A DNA stretch of 64,000 bases, taken from positions 127,704,326-127,768,325 of the forward strand of contig NC_068984.1 in NCBI RefSeq assembly GCF_001194135.2, given 5' to 3'. This document shows, piece after piece, positions 13,838 to 25,591 of the stretch; positions within the stretch are counted from its first letter, which is position 1; each line of letters opens with the position of its first letter. The stretch is from Octopus bimaculoides (lineage: Eukaryota). The translations under genes were made by a program, and so were the position numbers. The notes under the pieces are model-generated. The model did no database searches. It had not been told where the DNA came from and worked only from the letters and a program-made list of their open reading frames with translations.

Positions 13838-14466
13838 TATTTTTTTTTTTCTAGCCTTTAACCCTCCAATGTGGAGTATAGGCCAGTTATAATTGAATTC
13901 CATGTCGCATAATTTTTCACTTCTGTACTTATACTCTGCCATGGATGTCCCCCTTTCTTTAGTTCCTTTTGTGTTGATCTACGCCACGAGTTCTTAGGCC
14001 TACCCCTCTTTCTATATCCATTCGGATTCCACTGTAAAGCACTTTTTGCTACATTTAGTGTGTCTCTTCTAATTGTGCTACCAATCCACTTCTACTTTTT
14101 CTTAAATATTTGCTCCCTAATCGAAACTTGATTCGTTCTTTGCCATAGCCCCATATTGCTTATGTGTTCGGGCCATCTAATTTTAAGTATACTACGCAAG
14201 CATCTGTTGATGAATGATTGTATTTGCTTATTTGATTTAACTGTTGTTCGCCATGTCTCAGCCCCATACAATAACACCTCTTTTACATTAGTGTTAAAAA
14301 TTCTTATTTTGTTCTTTATTGAAATTACACTTGCGCTCCATACTTTTTTTAACAGGTGGAAAGCGGTCCTTGCCTTACTTATTCTCGTCTTAATATCTTC
14401 GTCGGTGCCGCCTGAGAACGTTATCTTACTACCTAAATACGTAAACTCGGCTACATCCTCTAGTTC
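13838..14466 (-). mobile_element. 5'-truncated RTE-clade LINE, RT C-terminus, with A-tail and 12-bp TSD
   Basis: Minus strand EDVAEFTYLGSKIT..RISKARTAF..KVW..LLYGAETW..FINRCLRSILKIRWP..W(*)KWIG..ALQWNP. T-run at 13840-13850 is the A tail. TSD tcttgattgctt at 13826-13837 and 14467-14478. Confidence 0.92.
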
Positions 14467-15559
14467 TCTTGATTGCTTATAACTATATCTTGATGAGGTT
14501 TATTATTAATATTGTTTTTGATGGTGATAATGTCTATAATGATGCTGCATACAACTTTATAATGATAGAGTTTGTTTGTTGGTGGTGTTTTTGTTTGTGA
14601 TAATGATGATGATGGCAAAGATTGTAGTAGTATTCTGTAAAAGAAAAATATTGCAGTAAGTACAGCTGTCAACTAAGGAAATGGTGGTGGGGGGATTTGC
14701 AGTGGGGTGGATGGGGAGGAAGGAGAGTAATGACTGGGTTCATAAGGTTAATTTCAGAATTTGATTTCTGTGTTCTGACAGGAAGAACAAGAGGCATTTT
14801 TGACAGCTTTTATGAATTCTGTTGACATGATACCAGTTGTCAGAAAAGTATGTTTCTGCAGACATGTGTCGAACTAATTGGTAGACAGTGTTTTGTGAAT
14901 AGCATGAAAGAAGACAGCATTTGTGAAGTGTCTGTAATTTATCAACTCTAGAGATTTTTAAATTGATAATTTGAAGGAGGTAAAATGGTTGGACGAGAAG
15001 ATTTTAAGTTATCAGAATATGGCTTCATGTTAATGCAATGTTTTTGTTGTGGAAAATGTTTTAGTGATTGGAGAAGGAATGTTTAGGGGGAAAAAAAACA
15101 TGAAATCCTGGATGTGTAAAATAATTTTCTTGTTGAATGATATTAACATGAGATTGACTGTAATGTGATATTTCTGATGATTAGAAGATATTCTTTTGGC
15201 ATTATATATTGTTTTGTTTAATCAATTAATCAGTGGCCACAAGCATGTTTATGTGGTTAAGAAGTTCACTTCTCAAGCACATGGTTTTAAGTTCAATTCC
15301 ATTACTCTGCACCTGGAACACCTTGTCTTCTACCATAATCTCAGGTTGACCAAAACTTTGTTGAATTTGGCAAATGCAAACTGTACTGTCTTGCTAGGTA
15401 TGTCTTGCTAGGTATGTCTTGCTTTTATGGATCTGGATGTGTAGAACATTTTTTTTCTTCTTTTTATGGGCTAATTGGAGTAGGAGGAAGAAACTGTCCA
15501 GGCCATCCAAGACAAAACCGGTGAGATTAATCCAGTTAATGAGACTTGGTTGTCATATC

Positions 15560-16130
15560 GACATTGAAGTATCATCTCATATTCTCTGTTCATTGAGGCA
15601 GTAAAGGTCTGGTGTGTGGTATTTAGAGTGTAATTGTAGATTATGCTTGTGTGCAGAAGATTAAGGAAAAAAAAAGAGTTATATCATCTACACAGGATTG
15701 TGTGTTGTTGAAAATGAAGGCAAGCAGACTATTAATGTACCGAAAGAAAGTCATAGAGATACAATCAAACTTTGAGGTACACTAAATTTGATCATGTGGG
15801 TAGGACAAAGTAGTCTGTGCTGAAAGAGAACTTTCTAAAACAAGTGATGAGCGATGAAATAAAGTCCATATGTGTGAGCTAGTTAGCTTTGCTGCTCTCT
15901 GGTAGGCACAGTTGAAGATTTTGCTGAAGACAAGTACATTACCACCTAGACCAACGGATGCATTTAGTTGATGTCATTGTATTGCAAGCATTCAGCTCAA
16001 ATCTCCAGCTTGAAGACAGCTTCGTATCTTCTTATTGCAGCAATCTATGAGTAAGAGTCTCTTTCACTCTGTCACCAGTCTTGCAAGTCTTGCAAAAAGA
16101 TCATGGATACTGGCCTTCCTCATCTTTCTA
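15560..16130 (-). mobile_element. Highly decayed non-LTR RT core fragment (CR1/L2/Jockey-like)
   Basis: Minus strand SVPQSLIVS (like GVPQGS), then a frameshift, YINSL and SCVDDIT (like YINDL..YADD); upstream LVFSKIF (like LDxSKAF). Confidence 0.55.
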
Positions 16131-16627
16131 GGCCATTAAAAAAAATATGCACCCAGATATATTTTGTATGTATTATTACTAGCCTAAATCCACACATAAT
16201 GTGAAGATTTGGGGAAGGATTTCTAAACAAAAGACTTTGATACATTTGTTTAGTTGTACTGTGTGACAAATTATCTTAGCTAAGCCATGGTTTAGGAGAA
16301 ACTGAAAGCTTGATATATAGATATAGATATAAAGATAGATAAAAATGTATGTATATATGTATGTATATGAGATATAAAGAACCACTTATAAGAATGACTA
16401 TTAATAATCTGACAAACTAAATCTAACAACAAATTGAATTGTACAAGAATTGACAAGAACAAACACATGCAGCCTGCTTTCATTTTCTTTAATAATTAGT
16501 ATATCTTCAAATCATTGTTGTAATTCTTCACAGGTTTACCAATATTAATCAGTCATTTCTCTCTTGTAATCACTTCAGATTTTATCAACATAATTTTGCC
16601 TAACACGCACACACATGCACGTATGCA

Positions 16628-16698
<71 letters not shown>

Positions 16699-17169
16699 TT
16701 AGTATCTTCAGAAATAACTGACAGTTTTATATTGTATCAATATTTCAGTAGACATTTTAGAGCTTCACAGATAATCCAACCTCAATCCACTGCTGTCTTA
16801 TGTTTATTATACTATTAGGTGGATTAATTTAGATAAGGAATCGTGTAAGTTGTGCTGACCTAGTTTAACAGTACTAAAATCTACCCCCCCCCCTTCCCTT
16901 CATTCACAGGCATACATGAACAACAGTGTCTCTGAATTCTTTCTGTTGCTTTCTGAGACAGCTTTTCTGGAGGTTTTCCACTTTGATCAAAGTAACTATT
17001 GTTTCCTCATTCTGGCATCATTTCTATTGTTACTCGATATAAGAATCCACAAAGTCTTTCAGAAATAAAATATCTTCAACTGAAAGAATCAGATATTTTC
17101 CTTTCTTCTTCTTTGTCATCAATTCTATTTCAAAAAAGGATTCAGAATAAAAGAGAGTGAGAAGCAGGG

Positions 17170-17209
<40 letters not shown>

Positions 17210-17298
17210 AACAAAATAATTGAAATATAGAAACACTAATTCATTCAGTTCCTATGCAACTGAGAATTGGTTAATTAGTATAATCCTTATTTTTTTCT

Positions 17299-17333
<35 letters not shown>

Positions 17334-17705
17334 GTGTGTGTACATGTCTTAGAAGCATGGGGTTTTGTTATCAAGTTTTTGGCATCTGTGCTACTTAATT
17401 CTTAGCTTTGTTCAATGTGTTGCCTCTCTAGTATGGTACCAATATTAGTAGTAGCTTAACTAATCATGGAAATGGGAACAAGTTTCTCTAATTAGCAGAG
17501 TTTCTGCAAATGTTACTTTTGACTTTGTCTTGCTAAATTCTGGTTGGTAGTTTCATCATTCCTTATTGTTGTTTAACCATAAGGTTAGGCCTGATTCAGT
17601 AAACTTATAACCAAAAATATTCCAGCCAGTCATGACCATCCCTGACATTCCATATTTAGAATTGCATTATCCTATCCACTCTGTACAAGATTTGTGCCGC
17701 CCCTA

Positions 17706-18232
17706 TGCTGGTGTCATGTAAAAATCACTCTTGCTGATGCTGTGTATAAATCATCTGTGCTGGTGCCACATGAATCACCTGTGCCGGTGTCACATGAATA
17801 CACTGTGCTGGTGCCACATAAATCACCAGTGCTGGTGCCACATGAATCACCTGTGCTAGTACCGCATAAATCACCTGTGCTGGTGCTACATAAATCACCT
17901 GTGCTGGTGCCACATAAATTACCTGTGCCAGTGCCACATGAATCGCCTGTGCCAGGACCATATGAATCACCTGTGCTGGTGCCACATAACTTACCTGTGC
18001 TGGTGTCACATATAAACCACCTGTGCCATGCCACATAAATCACCTGTGCTGGTGTCACATAAAAAGCACCCAGTACACTCTGTACAGTCGTTGGCATTAA
18101 GAAAGGCATCCAACCATAGAAACCATGCCAAAACAGATGATGAGAGCCAGGCAGCTCTCCAGTTGGCCAGCTCCTGTCAAACCATTCAACCCATGCCAGC
18201 ATAGAAAACAGATGTTAAATGACGAAAATGGT
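17706..18232 (+). mobile_element. RTE-type LINE 3' end or RTE-tailed repeat with expanded 24-bp minisatellite
   Basis: About 15 units of TGCTGGTGCCACATAAATCACCTG, then AAAGCACCCAGTACACTCTG..GGCATCC..CCAACCCATGCCAGCAT..GTTAAATGA. Related copies at 8466-8718, 20640-20835, 26267-26456, 35095-35346, 38456-38800 (-) and 56765-57140 (-). Confidence 0.75.
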
Positions 18233-18489
18233 GGAGATTTGGCTATTTCTAGAAGATTGAGTGGCCTCACTGAGGCTTCCTTATAGGTCTTTTGACATGT
18301 TTATTTCATTTCAATATGTTCAGGCTGGGATGAATTCTGCTATACAACTGATGGTTTAAAGTGGGGATTGATGTTGCATGTGATGGTGTCATATGGCCTG
18401 TGTGTTTGTGATTTCACATAGTTTGTTTGCATGTGAAGTGTTATATAGACTTCTGTTTAGCATATGTATGCGAAATATTCTACAGTGTA

Positions 18490-18876
18490 GGCGCAGGAGT
18501 GGCTGTGTGGTAAGTAGCTTGCTACCAACCACATGATTCCAGGGTTCAGTCCCACTGCATGGCAACTTGGGCAAGTGTCTTCATAGCCTCGGGCCGACCA
18601 AAGCCTTGTAAGTGGATTTGATAGATGAAAACTGAAAGAAGCCCATCGTATATATGTATATGTATATATATGTGTGTGTTTGTCCCCCCAATATCGCTTG
18701 ACAACCGATGCTGGTGTGTTTACATCCCCGTAACTTAGCGGTTCGGCAAAAGAGACTGACAGAATAAGTATTAGGCTAACAAAGAATAAGTCCTGGGGTC
18801 GATTTGCTTGACTAAAGGCAGTGCTCCAGCATGGCCGCAGTCAAATGACTGAAACAAGTAAAAAAGAGTAAAAGAG
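18490..18876 (+). mobile_element. tRNA-headed SINE family A (full copy, internal TA/TG microsatellite)
   Basis: GGCGCAGGAGTGGCTGTGTGG (A box-like) ... GGTTCAGTCCC (B box-like) ... tail TGACTGAAACAAGTAAAAAAGAGTAAAAGAG. The most abundant repeat in the window. Confidence 0.88.
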
Positions 18877-19257
18877 TGTGTATATAAAATAGTGATAATT
18901 TTATCTTCAGTCATCAACCATCTTCCATATTTGAATGAAGAGAATAGGCAATTCTAAAAACCTGATATTCAATATTCTTTGTTTAAAAATTTCGAGCATA
19001 AGACATTAGTTGTAACTTCATGATAATAATGTTTTCTGAGCCATTGTATGATCCCAATTTGATGTAAAATCCTTATTGCTACCTTCGACATCTTATCCAT
19101 TGTTGTACTTTTAGCATGTATAATTATTAAATGCCAATATATAACACATGGATCTTGGCTTTTTTTCATCAGGTATTTTCACACCTGAAAATCTTTTCAA
19201 TGTATGATATTATTCAGTATCATAATCTAAACTGTTCTTTTACCTGTAATTTATTTA

Positions 19258-19285
19258 TATAAACTTCTCTTTATTTCAGGTGAGT
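19258..19285 (+). other. Candidate recursive splice site (AG|GT at 19279/19280)
   Basis: aaacttctctttatttcag|gtgagt: strong acceptor abutting a consensus donor. Confidence 0.45.
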
Positions 19286-19758
19286 ACATGGCACATCAAA
19301 GGCGAAATAGAATTTGATGAGTATTTTCCTCTTCTTAAATCTTTTAATCTTCATCACTCGCTTGAAAAAGAATAAAATTGCTTCCATTTAATTACAGTAT
19401 AAAACATCTCTTGTTTTCTATCAATAAATTGATTGCATTGCAATAACTCTTCTATTGCTTTTATGACTTTATGTTTGCTAGCTATGATTGAAAAGCTACA
19501 TTACACAGTGCCTTTCTCTGTGTAAATGGTTGACTATAGTCTGTAGGAAGGGTTGTAGTGTTTCCTTCCCACTTAAAAGTGTAGGTAAGTTGTGTTGTGG
19601 TTAGATATGTAGTTGCTTCATGTTTAGTAAGATGACCTGAATGGAGAGTCAGGTCTAGAAGGGTGTGGTTCATGGAGTTATGATTAGGAATAATTTTGGT
19701 TCGTAGACTAATGAATAAGCATTTAGTATATGACCGATGAAGAGATGTGTGAGATATA

Positions 19759-19970
19759 CAGGGTGTCCACAAGGTCTGTGTACATGGAGTAAATAAAATC
19801 ATAACATAAACAATTAAATATAAGAAATAATAATTTCTTAAAGTATGTGTTAATCCCCATGTGGGTACATGGAGTAAATAAAATCATAACATAAGCAATT
19901 AAATATAAGAAATAATAATTTCTTAAAGTATGTGTTAATCTCCATGTACCCAGACTTTGTGGACACCCTG
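19759..19970. mobile_element. Tc1/mariner-type MITE with internal 85-bp tandem duplication
   Basis: 31-bp TIRs CAGGGTGTCCACAAGGTCTGTGTACATGGAG (19759-89) and CTCCATGTACCCAGACTTTGTGGACACCCTG (19940-70), 2 mismatches; TA on both sides; internal repeats start at 19780 and 19865. Confidence 0.9.
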
Positions 19971-21529
19971 TAGAACAAATGAATTGGCCATTGTAGTAAT
20001 CATAGGAGAAACAAAAGGAAGCCGCATGCCAGTGGTAAAAGAAAATGTGAAAGTAGCTGCATGGTGCATTTGGAATGTAGTAGAATTGGTGTGTGGGGAA
20101 GCTGTGTCCAAACCTTGTCTTCATGAATAACTCTTCAGGAATAAAGTATTTTGAGGTACTCAAACAAGTTTAGTCTCTTCAGGAGAGTTTCCAAATAATA
20201 AAAAAAATGTTTGTGTGTGTATGGGAGGATAGTCTAACCCCAGGTCAACCCTATGATCAAAGGTTTTCCAGTTGTATCTCTTTTGTTTTCATACATAGGT
20301 CTCTTCATAGGTCATGAATATTTAGAACTACATTATCCTATCCATTGCATATAAGATTTCTTACAGTAGATTACTTTATTTAATGTATCCTTCCTTTAAA
20401 GATAGTTGGGTGTAATTTGCAAGCTGTTTGGTTACTATTTCTAGCTGGTTGAGCAACTGCATAGCAACTCTTCAGTTGGCTCATGAAAGATGAGATTTTC
20501 TAAAATGTGAGTAACCATGTAGCCTTTCTACAACAAGAAACTTGTTCTGCTCTGACCCCTTCTTTGATACTTTAACCCCTCATCTACTAGCATTAAACCA
20601 CCTTTTTCAGGGTTCACTGTCTTGCAAGCTGCACGGTAACCTCACTAGTTCCAGTGGTGCAATAAAAAGCACTCAGTGTGCACTATAAAGTGGTTGGCAT
20701 TAAGGAGACATCAAGCTGTAGAAACCATGCCAAAGTAGACAATGGAGCATGATGCAATTCTTGAATCCATTATACCTGCCAAATTGTCCAACCCATGCCA
20801 GCATGGAAAACGGATGTTAAAGGGTGATGATGATAAAGTGTGAATAGATGAAGTTTAGACTAATTGGTATATGTATGAGTACATCAGTGAATGAATTGGT
20901 TGGGAAGATGAGAATGTAACAGTAAGAGAGTGGGAGAGTCATTTGGGAAAAAAAGTTTGATGAGACAACAAATTTTTAAAGAAAATCTGGGTTGATTGGA
21001 TTGGTTTTGAAAATTGTAGAGAAAAACCTATCAATACTGAATTTCATGCCAGATTCGATGAAAGTTTTGATAAATTGTTTTCAGCAAGGTGGTGAGGGAA
21101 TGTAACATTGGAGAATAAGTTCATTTGGAAAGCTTGTGGTCCTTGGTGAGAGAAAGAGATTAAACAGTCATTTATTTATTGTTGTGAGTAACATGCGGCT
21201 TTAGGCATGAAATAGAGATGTCAAATCGTGGGATAGATGTAATGTGTGAATATTTAACAGAGAAATACTCCAATAAACAAGGGAATTGGGAATAGAAACT
21301 TGCATTCTAGAGAGCTCAAGGGTTCACTGAATATTAGTTATTAGTCAGTGTATTGATGAGAACTAGCTATGTTATCTCTGTATAGAATAAGGGAACTTGC
21401 ATATAAGAAGCAGATAGTAGTTAGATTTAGACCAATGGAAGCTTTCTAGTAAGGCAGTGAAAATGGATTTTTTTTTTTGAAAGAAAGTTTTATCTTCACA
21501 TATTATGAATTGATAGAGAAAAATTATTT

Positions 21530-21777
21530 TTAGGCATGGTTGTGTCACTTGGCAACCATGTGGTGTCAGGCTCCATCCCACTGCACAACACCTTGAGCAA
21601 GTATCTTCTATAGTCTTTAGCCAACCAATGCCTTGTTAGTGAATTTGGTAGATGGAAAATGTATGGATGCCTGTTGTATGGATGTCCGTTTGTACATAAA
21701 CACACACACACATCTATCTAACACGACAACAGTCAAGTCTACTCAATACCAGCGGTACTTCCAGAACAGCCTTGATG

Positions 21778-21833
<56 letters not shown>

Positions 21834-22110
21834 ATATGTGTGTGTGTGTCTGACACCCCCNNNNNNNNNNNNNNNNNNNNNNNNNNNNNNNNNNNNNNNN
21901 NNNNNNNCTCTCCATCACTTGACAATCAGTGTTGTTTTGTCTACACCTCTATAACCTAGCTTTTTTGGCGAAAGAGCCCATCAGAATAAGTGCTAGGCTT
22001 AAAAAAGGCATAAGTACAGGGGCTGATTTGTTTGCTTAGAACCCTTCAAGGTGGTTCTCCAGCACGGCTGTAGTCCAATGACTGAAACTTGTAAAAGATG
22101 AAAGATATCC
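21530..22110 (+). mobile_element. SINE family A (diverged, ATCT microsatellite inside)
   Basis: Head, body and tail homology to 18490-18876. Confidence 0.78.
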
Positions 22111-22700
22111 ATCCTCAGGTTTGATGGATGTGTCATAGCATATAAACGGACATGAATCTGAAAAAGCAGGTTATTTGACAGGCTTTTTTTTTTCCTGCTG
22201 CTCCATTAGCAAAGGAGAGAGTAAAATGAATTTTATTAAAAAATTCATTACTTTAGTTAGAAAGACTAGGACCTCAACCCTTCTGGAGTTTAAACTGTTT
22301 CAGGTGATCAGAACTTACAAAGAACACAGATTGTGTGTGAGAGAGAGAGAGAAAGAAAGCGAGAGCAGTATTGATTGCCTGTTCAATGTGGCAGTGGTGA
22401 TCTGAGGGGATATTATCATTGATGAACTATGTAATTAATTTTTAAACAATTTTCCTATGCCAACAAATGTACACTTTTGTATATTTATTTTAATCTTCTT
22501 TGTGAAAGCTATGCATCACTAATGAGGTAAGAATGATGTTAAAACATGCCCAGCAAGGTCTCATATAACTGAGGAGAAAATTAATACATTTTAACCATTG
22601 GCTTCTTATTCCTTGGCTATTTGCAACACCTGTGTCTGAAAAGATGCTGGTATCTTATATATCATGGCAGTGAGATTTAACTGACATGCAGTGATCAATG

Positions 22701-22748
22701 ATTCCCTCTGATGAGGTCTAGTTGACCGAAATCACGTGATATGGGAAT
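22701..22748 (+). ncRNA. Minimal type I hammerhead ribozyme motif (Penelope-like-element style, palindromic stem III)
   Basis: ATTCCC-T-CTGATGA-GGTC-TAGTT-GACC-GAAA-TCACGTGA-T-A-T-GGGAAT. Exact CUGAUGA (22708-14) and GAAA (22728-31) cores; 4-bp stem II; stem I ATTCCC/GGGAAT with a U-U at the closing pair; stem III is the palindrome ATCACGTGAT; AUA cleavage triplet ending at 22741. Confidence 0.8.
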
Positions 22749-23007
22749 TCCAATGCTCATGACAGATGATTCTCATCTGCTATGATCCATGTGTGTGCTC
22801 TTATGTACCATGACCTATATGAGAGGATCTCTCAATGCTGATAACACAGTATTTGGTGTTCTAACAAGACATCCATATTAATTTAGATATAAAGATTACC
22901 TTTTGATATTAATACTGCTTCTATCACTAATGATGAATTCTTATGATATATTTCTAATCAGCTTTTTAATGCTCCATATATCAATTGTATATTACCTGTT
23001 AATGGTA

Positions 23008-23041
<34 letters not shown>

Positions 23042-23084
23042 TACACATACACATTATTTCTTTCTCAAATATGTGTGTGTATCA

Positions 23085-23535
23085 TTGTCATCATCATCTT
23101 AATGGGGGTTTTTTCCATGCTTGCATGGGCTAGATGAAATTCATGGAGACAGACTTTTTTATAGCTTGATGCTCTTCCTGTTGCTAACCCTCACTTGTTT
23201 CCGAGCAAAATAATATTTCCCCTAGTCCTTCAAACACAAACAGCATGAAGGCCAGACATATTCTCCATAGAAGATTGCGAACAAACAATACAACTTGTAT
23301 AATGATGAAATATATTTACAATTAGTGCACAACGTCAAGAAAAAGAAACACACACACATTAACAGGTATCACAGTCATACAATCTTCTGTGAAAATATGT
23401 CCAGCCAATGGGAAATATTACTTTACTGGAAAACAGATGGAGGTTGGCAACAGGAAGTGCATCCAATCACAAAATTTGCATCAACAAATTTCATTTGACC
23501 CATTTGAGCATGGAAAAGTTGACATTCAGTTGATG
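23085..23535. repeat. Head-to-head inverted pair of a GAT-tailed retro-repeat
   Basis: TAATATTTCCC/GGGAAATATTA, GACATATTCTCCATAGAAGATTG/CAATCTTCTGTGAAAATATGTC, TTCCTGTTGCTAACC/GGTTGGCAACAGGAA, TTTCCATGCT/AGCATGGAAA. Confidence 0.8.
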
Positions 23536-24589
23536 ATAGTGATACTTGTGTGTGTATGTTTGCATGTGTGTGTGTATGAGCCAATATTTTTCCTTGTCAA
23601 AATATTTGTACATATTGTCTTATAATGATAAGATTATTTTATTAATGCCTACTGCCTGCCTTTCATATTTGCTCATAGTTTATGTCTGATGTCTTTGTTT
23701 GTCTGATTACATAATTGTTTCTCTTACTGTGTATATTGGCACTCATTTCTCTCATACCTCTGTTTGCTCGTGTATTCTCTGATGTCTGTATGTGTGACTG
23801 ATTTACCACAATTAGAATTATCTTCAATTAGGCTTTATTTGTGGACAAAACTAAGATTTATTTGTATTTCAAGTGGCAGAGTAGTGTAAAAATAAATATT
23901 TGGAAATGTAGAGACAAAATTCTTATCTTCTACAACAGTTTGCTCCAGTTCCTCTGTAAATTCAGCATCTTGTTCAGAATACTTGCAGCTACTAGATTGT
24001 AATCTTGACAGTGGTAACAGAACTGCTGCTTTTCATTAGTGAAAGATTAGTGATTTAGTCACATTGATGCTGGCAGAGAAATCATGCAACTCTCAATGGT
24101 CCATTTCCTGTCACATAAGTTCAATTGCTTTAACATTTACTTCCTGTTATAAATTTCTAGTAATTGCCTTAACAACATTCAGTTCTTGTTACATAATTGT
24201 CCAGTGGCCCTTTTACAACATCAGCTTCCTGTCACCAACCTTTACATAATGACATGATAACGTGTTTATCTCTTTGTTATGCAGTAAAAACAAATAGTTT
24301 ATCTGCCTATCATGTGTAAATTCCAGCTATGACTGGGAACAGATGGAAACGTGAAGTTATGCATTGTGGTTTAGATATGTATTTTCTTACTGACTCTAAA
24401 GAGTCTAATGATGAAGTCATTGGCTAATGATAATGTCATAGTCTAAATATAATCTCATTGGCTAACAATAATGTTGTTCACTAAGATAAAGGAGAAGAAC
24501 AAGTAGAAAAAGGATGGGGGGTAAAGCAGAAAAGGATAGAGGTGGGGGTGATGAACCACATATCCCAGAACAAGTGGTATACTCAGCCA

Positions 24590-24860
24590 CACTCTGCAGT
24601 AATGACCCCAACGGCAATACTAAGGAGAATGGCCCATTGACACTCACTGCAGTAACCACTTCACTTCATGGGGCTCATTTCTCCAATGGAACACCATTAT
24701 CCCTATTTTGCAGAAATCAGTAGTGCAGGGTCCTAGAACACCTGATACATTGACGGCGACTGGCACAATCTGGTAGTAGCCGGCCAGACTTCTGTATTTA
24801 CTGATTTTTCTCTCCTCCACGTTATGGTTGGCGACACCAGCATTTGCAGCAGATGCTAAA
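24590..24860 (-). mobile_element. Decayed restriction-like endonuclease (RLE) domain of an early-branching non-LTR retrotransposon (CRE/NeSL/Hero-like)
   Basis: Minus strand SAANAGVANH..EERKISKYRSL..YQIVPVAV..SGVLGP..EPHEVKWLLQ*VSM[frameshift]AIL resembles the AG.AA..AE..K..KY..L...F.P.AVE..G..G...LLQR.S.AI C-terminal signature. Confidence 0.72.
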
Positions 24861-25172
24861 AACATATCCATTGTAAATGAAATTGTTGAATATAAATTTG
24901 GCTTCTCTCCTAAGCAACCCAAAGAACTACATAGAAAATCAAGTAATGATTTATAAAGCAACCAACCTGTTGTATCTAAATCTCTGTTGTATTTACGACA
25001 TCCAGTCTTTCGTATGTAATTCCTCTGAAATAGATTTCACTGAAGTTCAATTTAAGTTTAGTCTTCCATAAACTTTTGCTTTCCAAGGGGAATAACCTAT
25101 TTAGAACTTTTATAAGATTTCTAATAAATGCCTGTTATTAAAATTGATGTTTCATGGAAGATTTCATATGAG

Positions 25173-25211
<39 letters not shown>

Positions 25212-25449
25212 CTATGTATAAAACTGTAATGAGTAACTGGATGGAAATAATTTGTTTATTGACTATTGGTCTGCTATGATAGCTATTCCATGTGAAGTGA
25301 ACGGTGTAGGCATTGCACAAGTCAATATCTCCTATGACATCTATATTTAGAAGTTAACTCATCCATTCTGTTTATGTCAATAAAATGTCTCTACTCTATG
25401 AGCAGAAATAAAAAAAAATATTAAAAAAAAAAAATTTAAAAAAACGTGA

Positions 25450-25483
<34 letters not shown>

Positions 25484-25555
25484 GCTGCTGGTAATGATGA
25501 TGATAATAATAATAAAAATAATAAAAATGGCAGAGGTTTCTGAGTCCTAACAGTC

Positions 25556-25591
<36 letters not shown>

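Noticed and set aside
14685-14722. G-rich run as a G-quadruplex
   Set aside because: Only three runs of 3 or more G, with a long first loop.
17694-18202. 103-162 aa repetitive ORFs (VLVPHKSP / GTSTGDLC / APAQVIYV)
   Set aside because: By-product of a 24-bp minisatellite inside a retro-repeat; open on both strands.
22505-22550. CTAATGAG...TAAAAC as a second hammerhead partner for 22701
   Set aside because: Both core boxes are mutated and no stem II or III can be formed.
24038-24060. Resemblance to miR-7 (and miR-10-like at 19965, miR-34 seed at 59075)
   Set aside because: Several mismatches, including in the seed for the miR-7 case, and no precursor hairpin.
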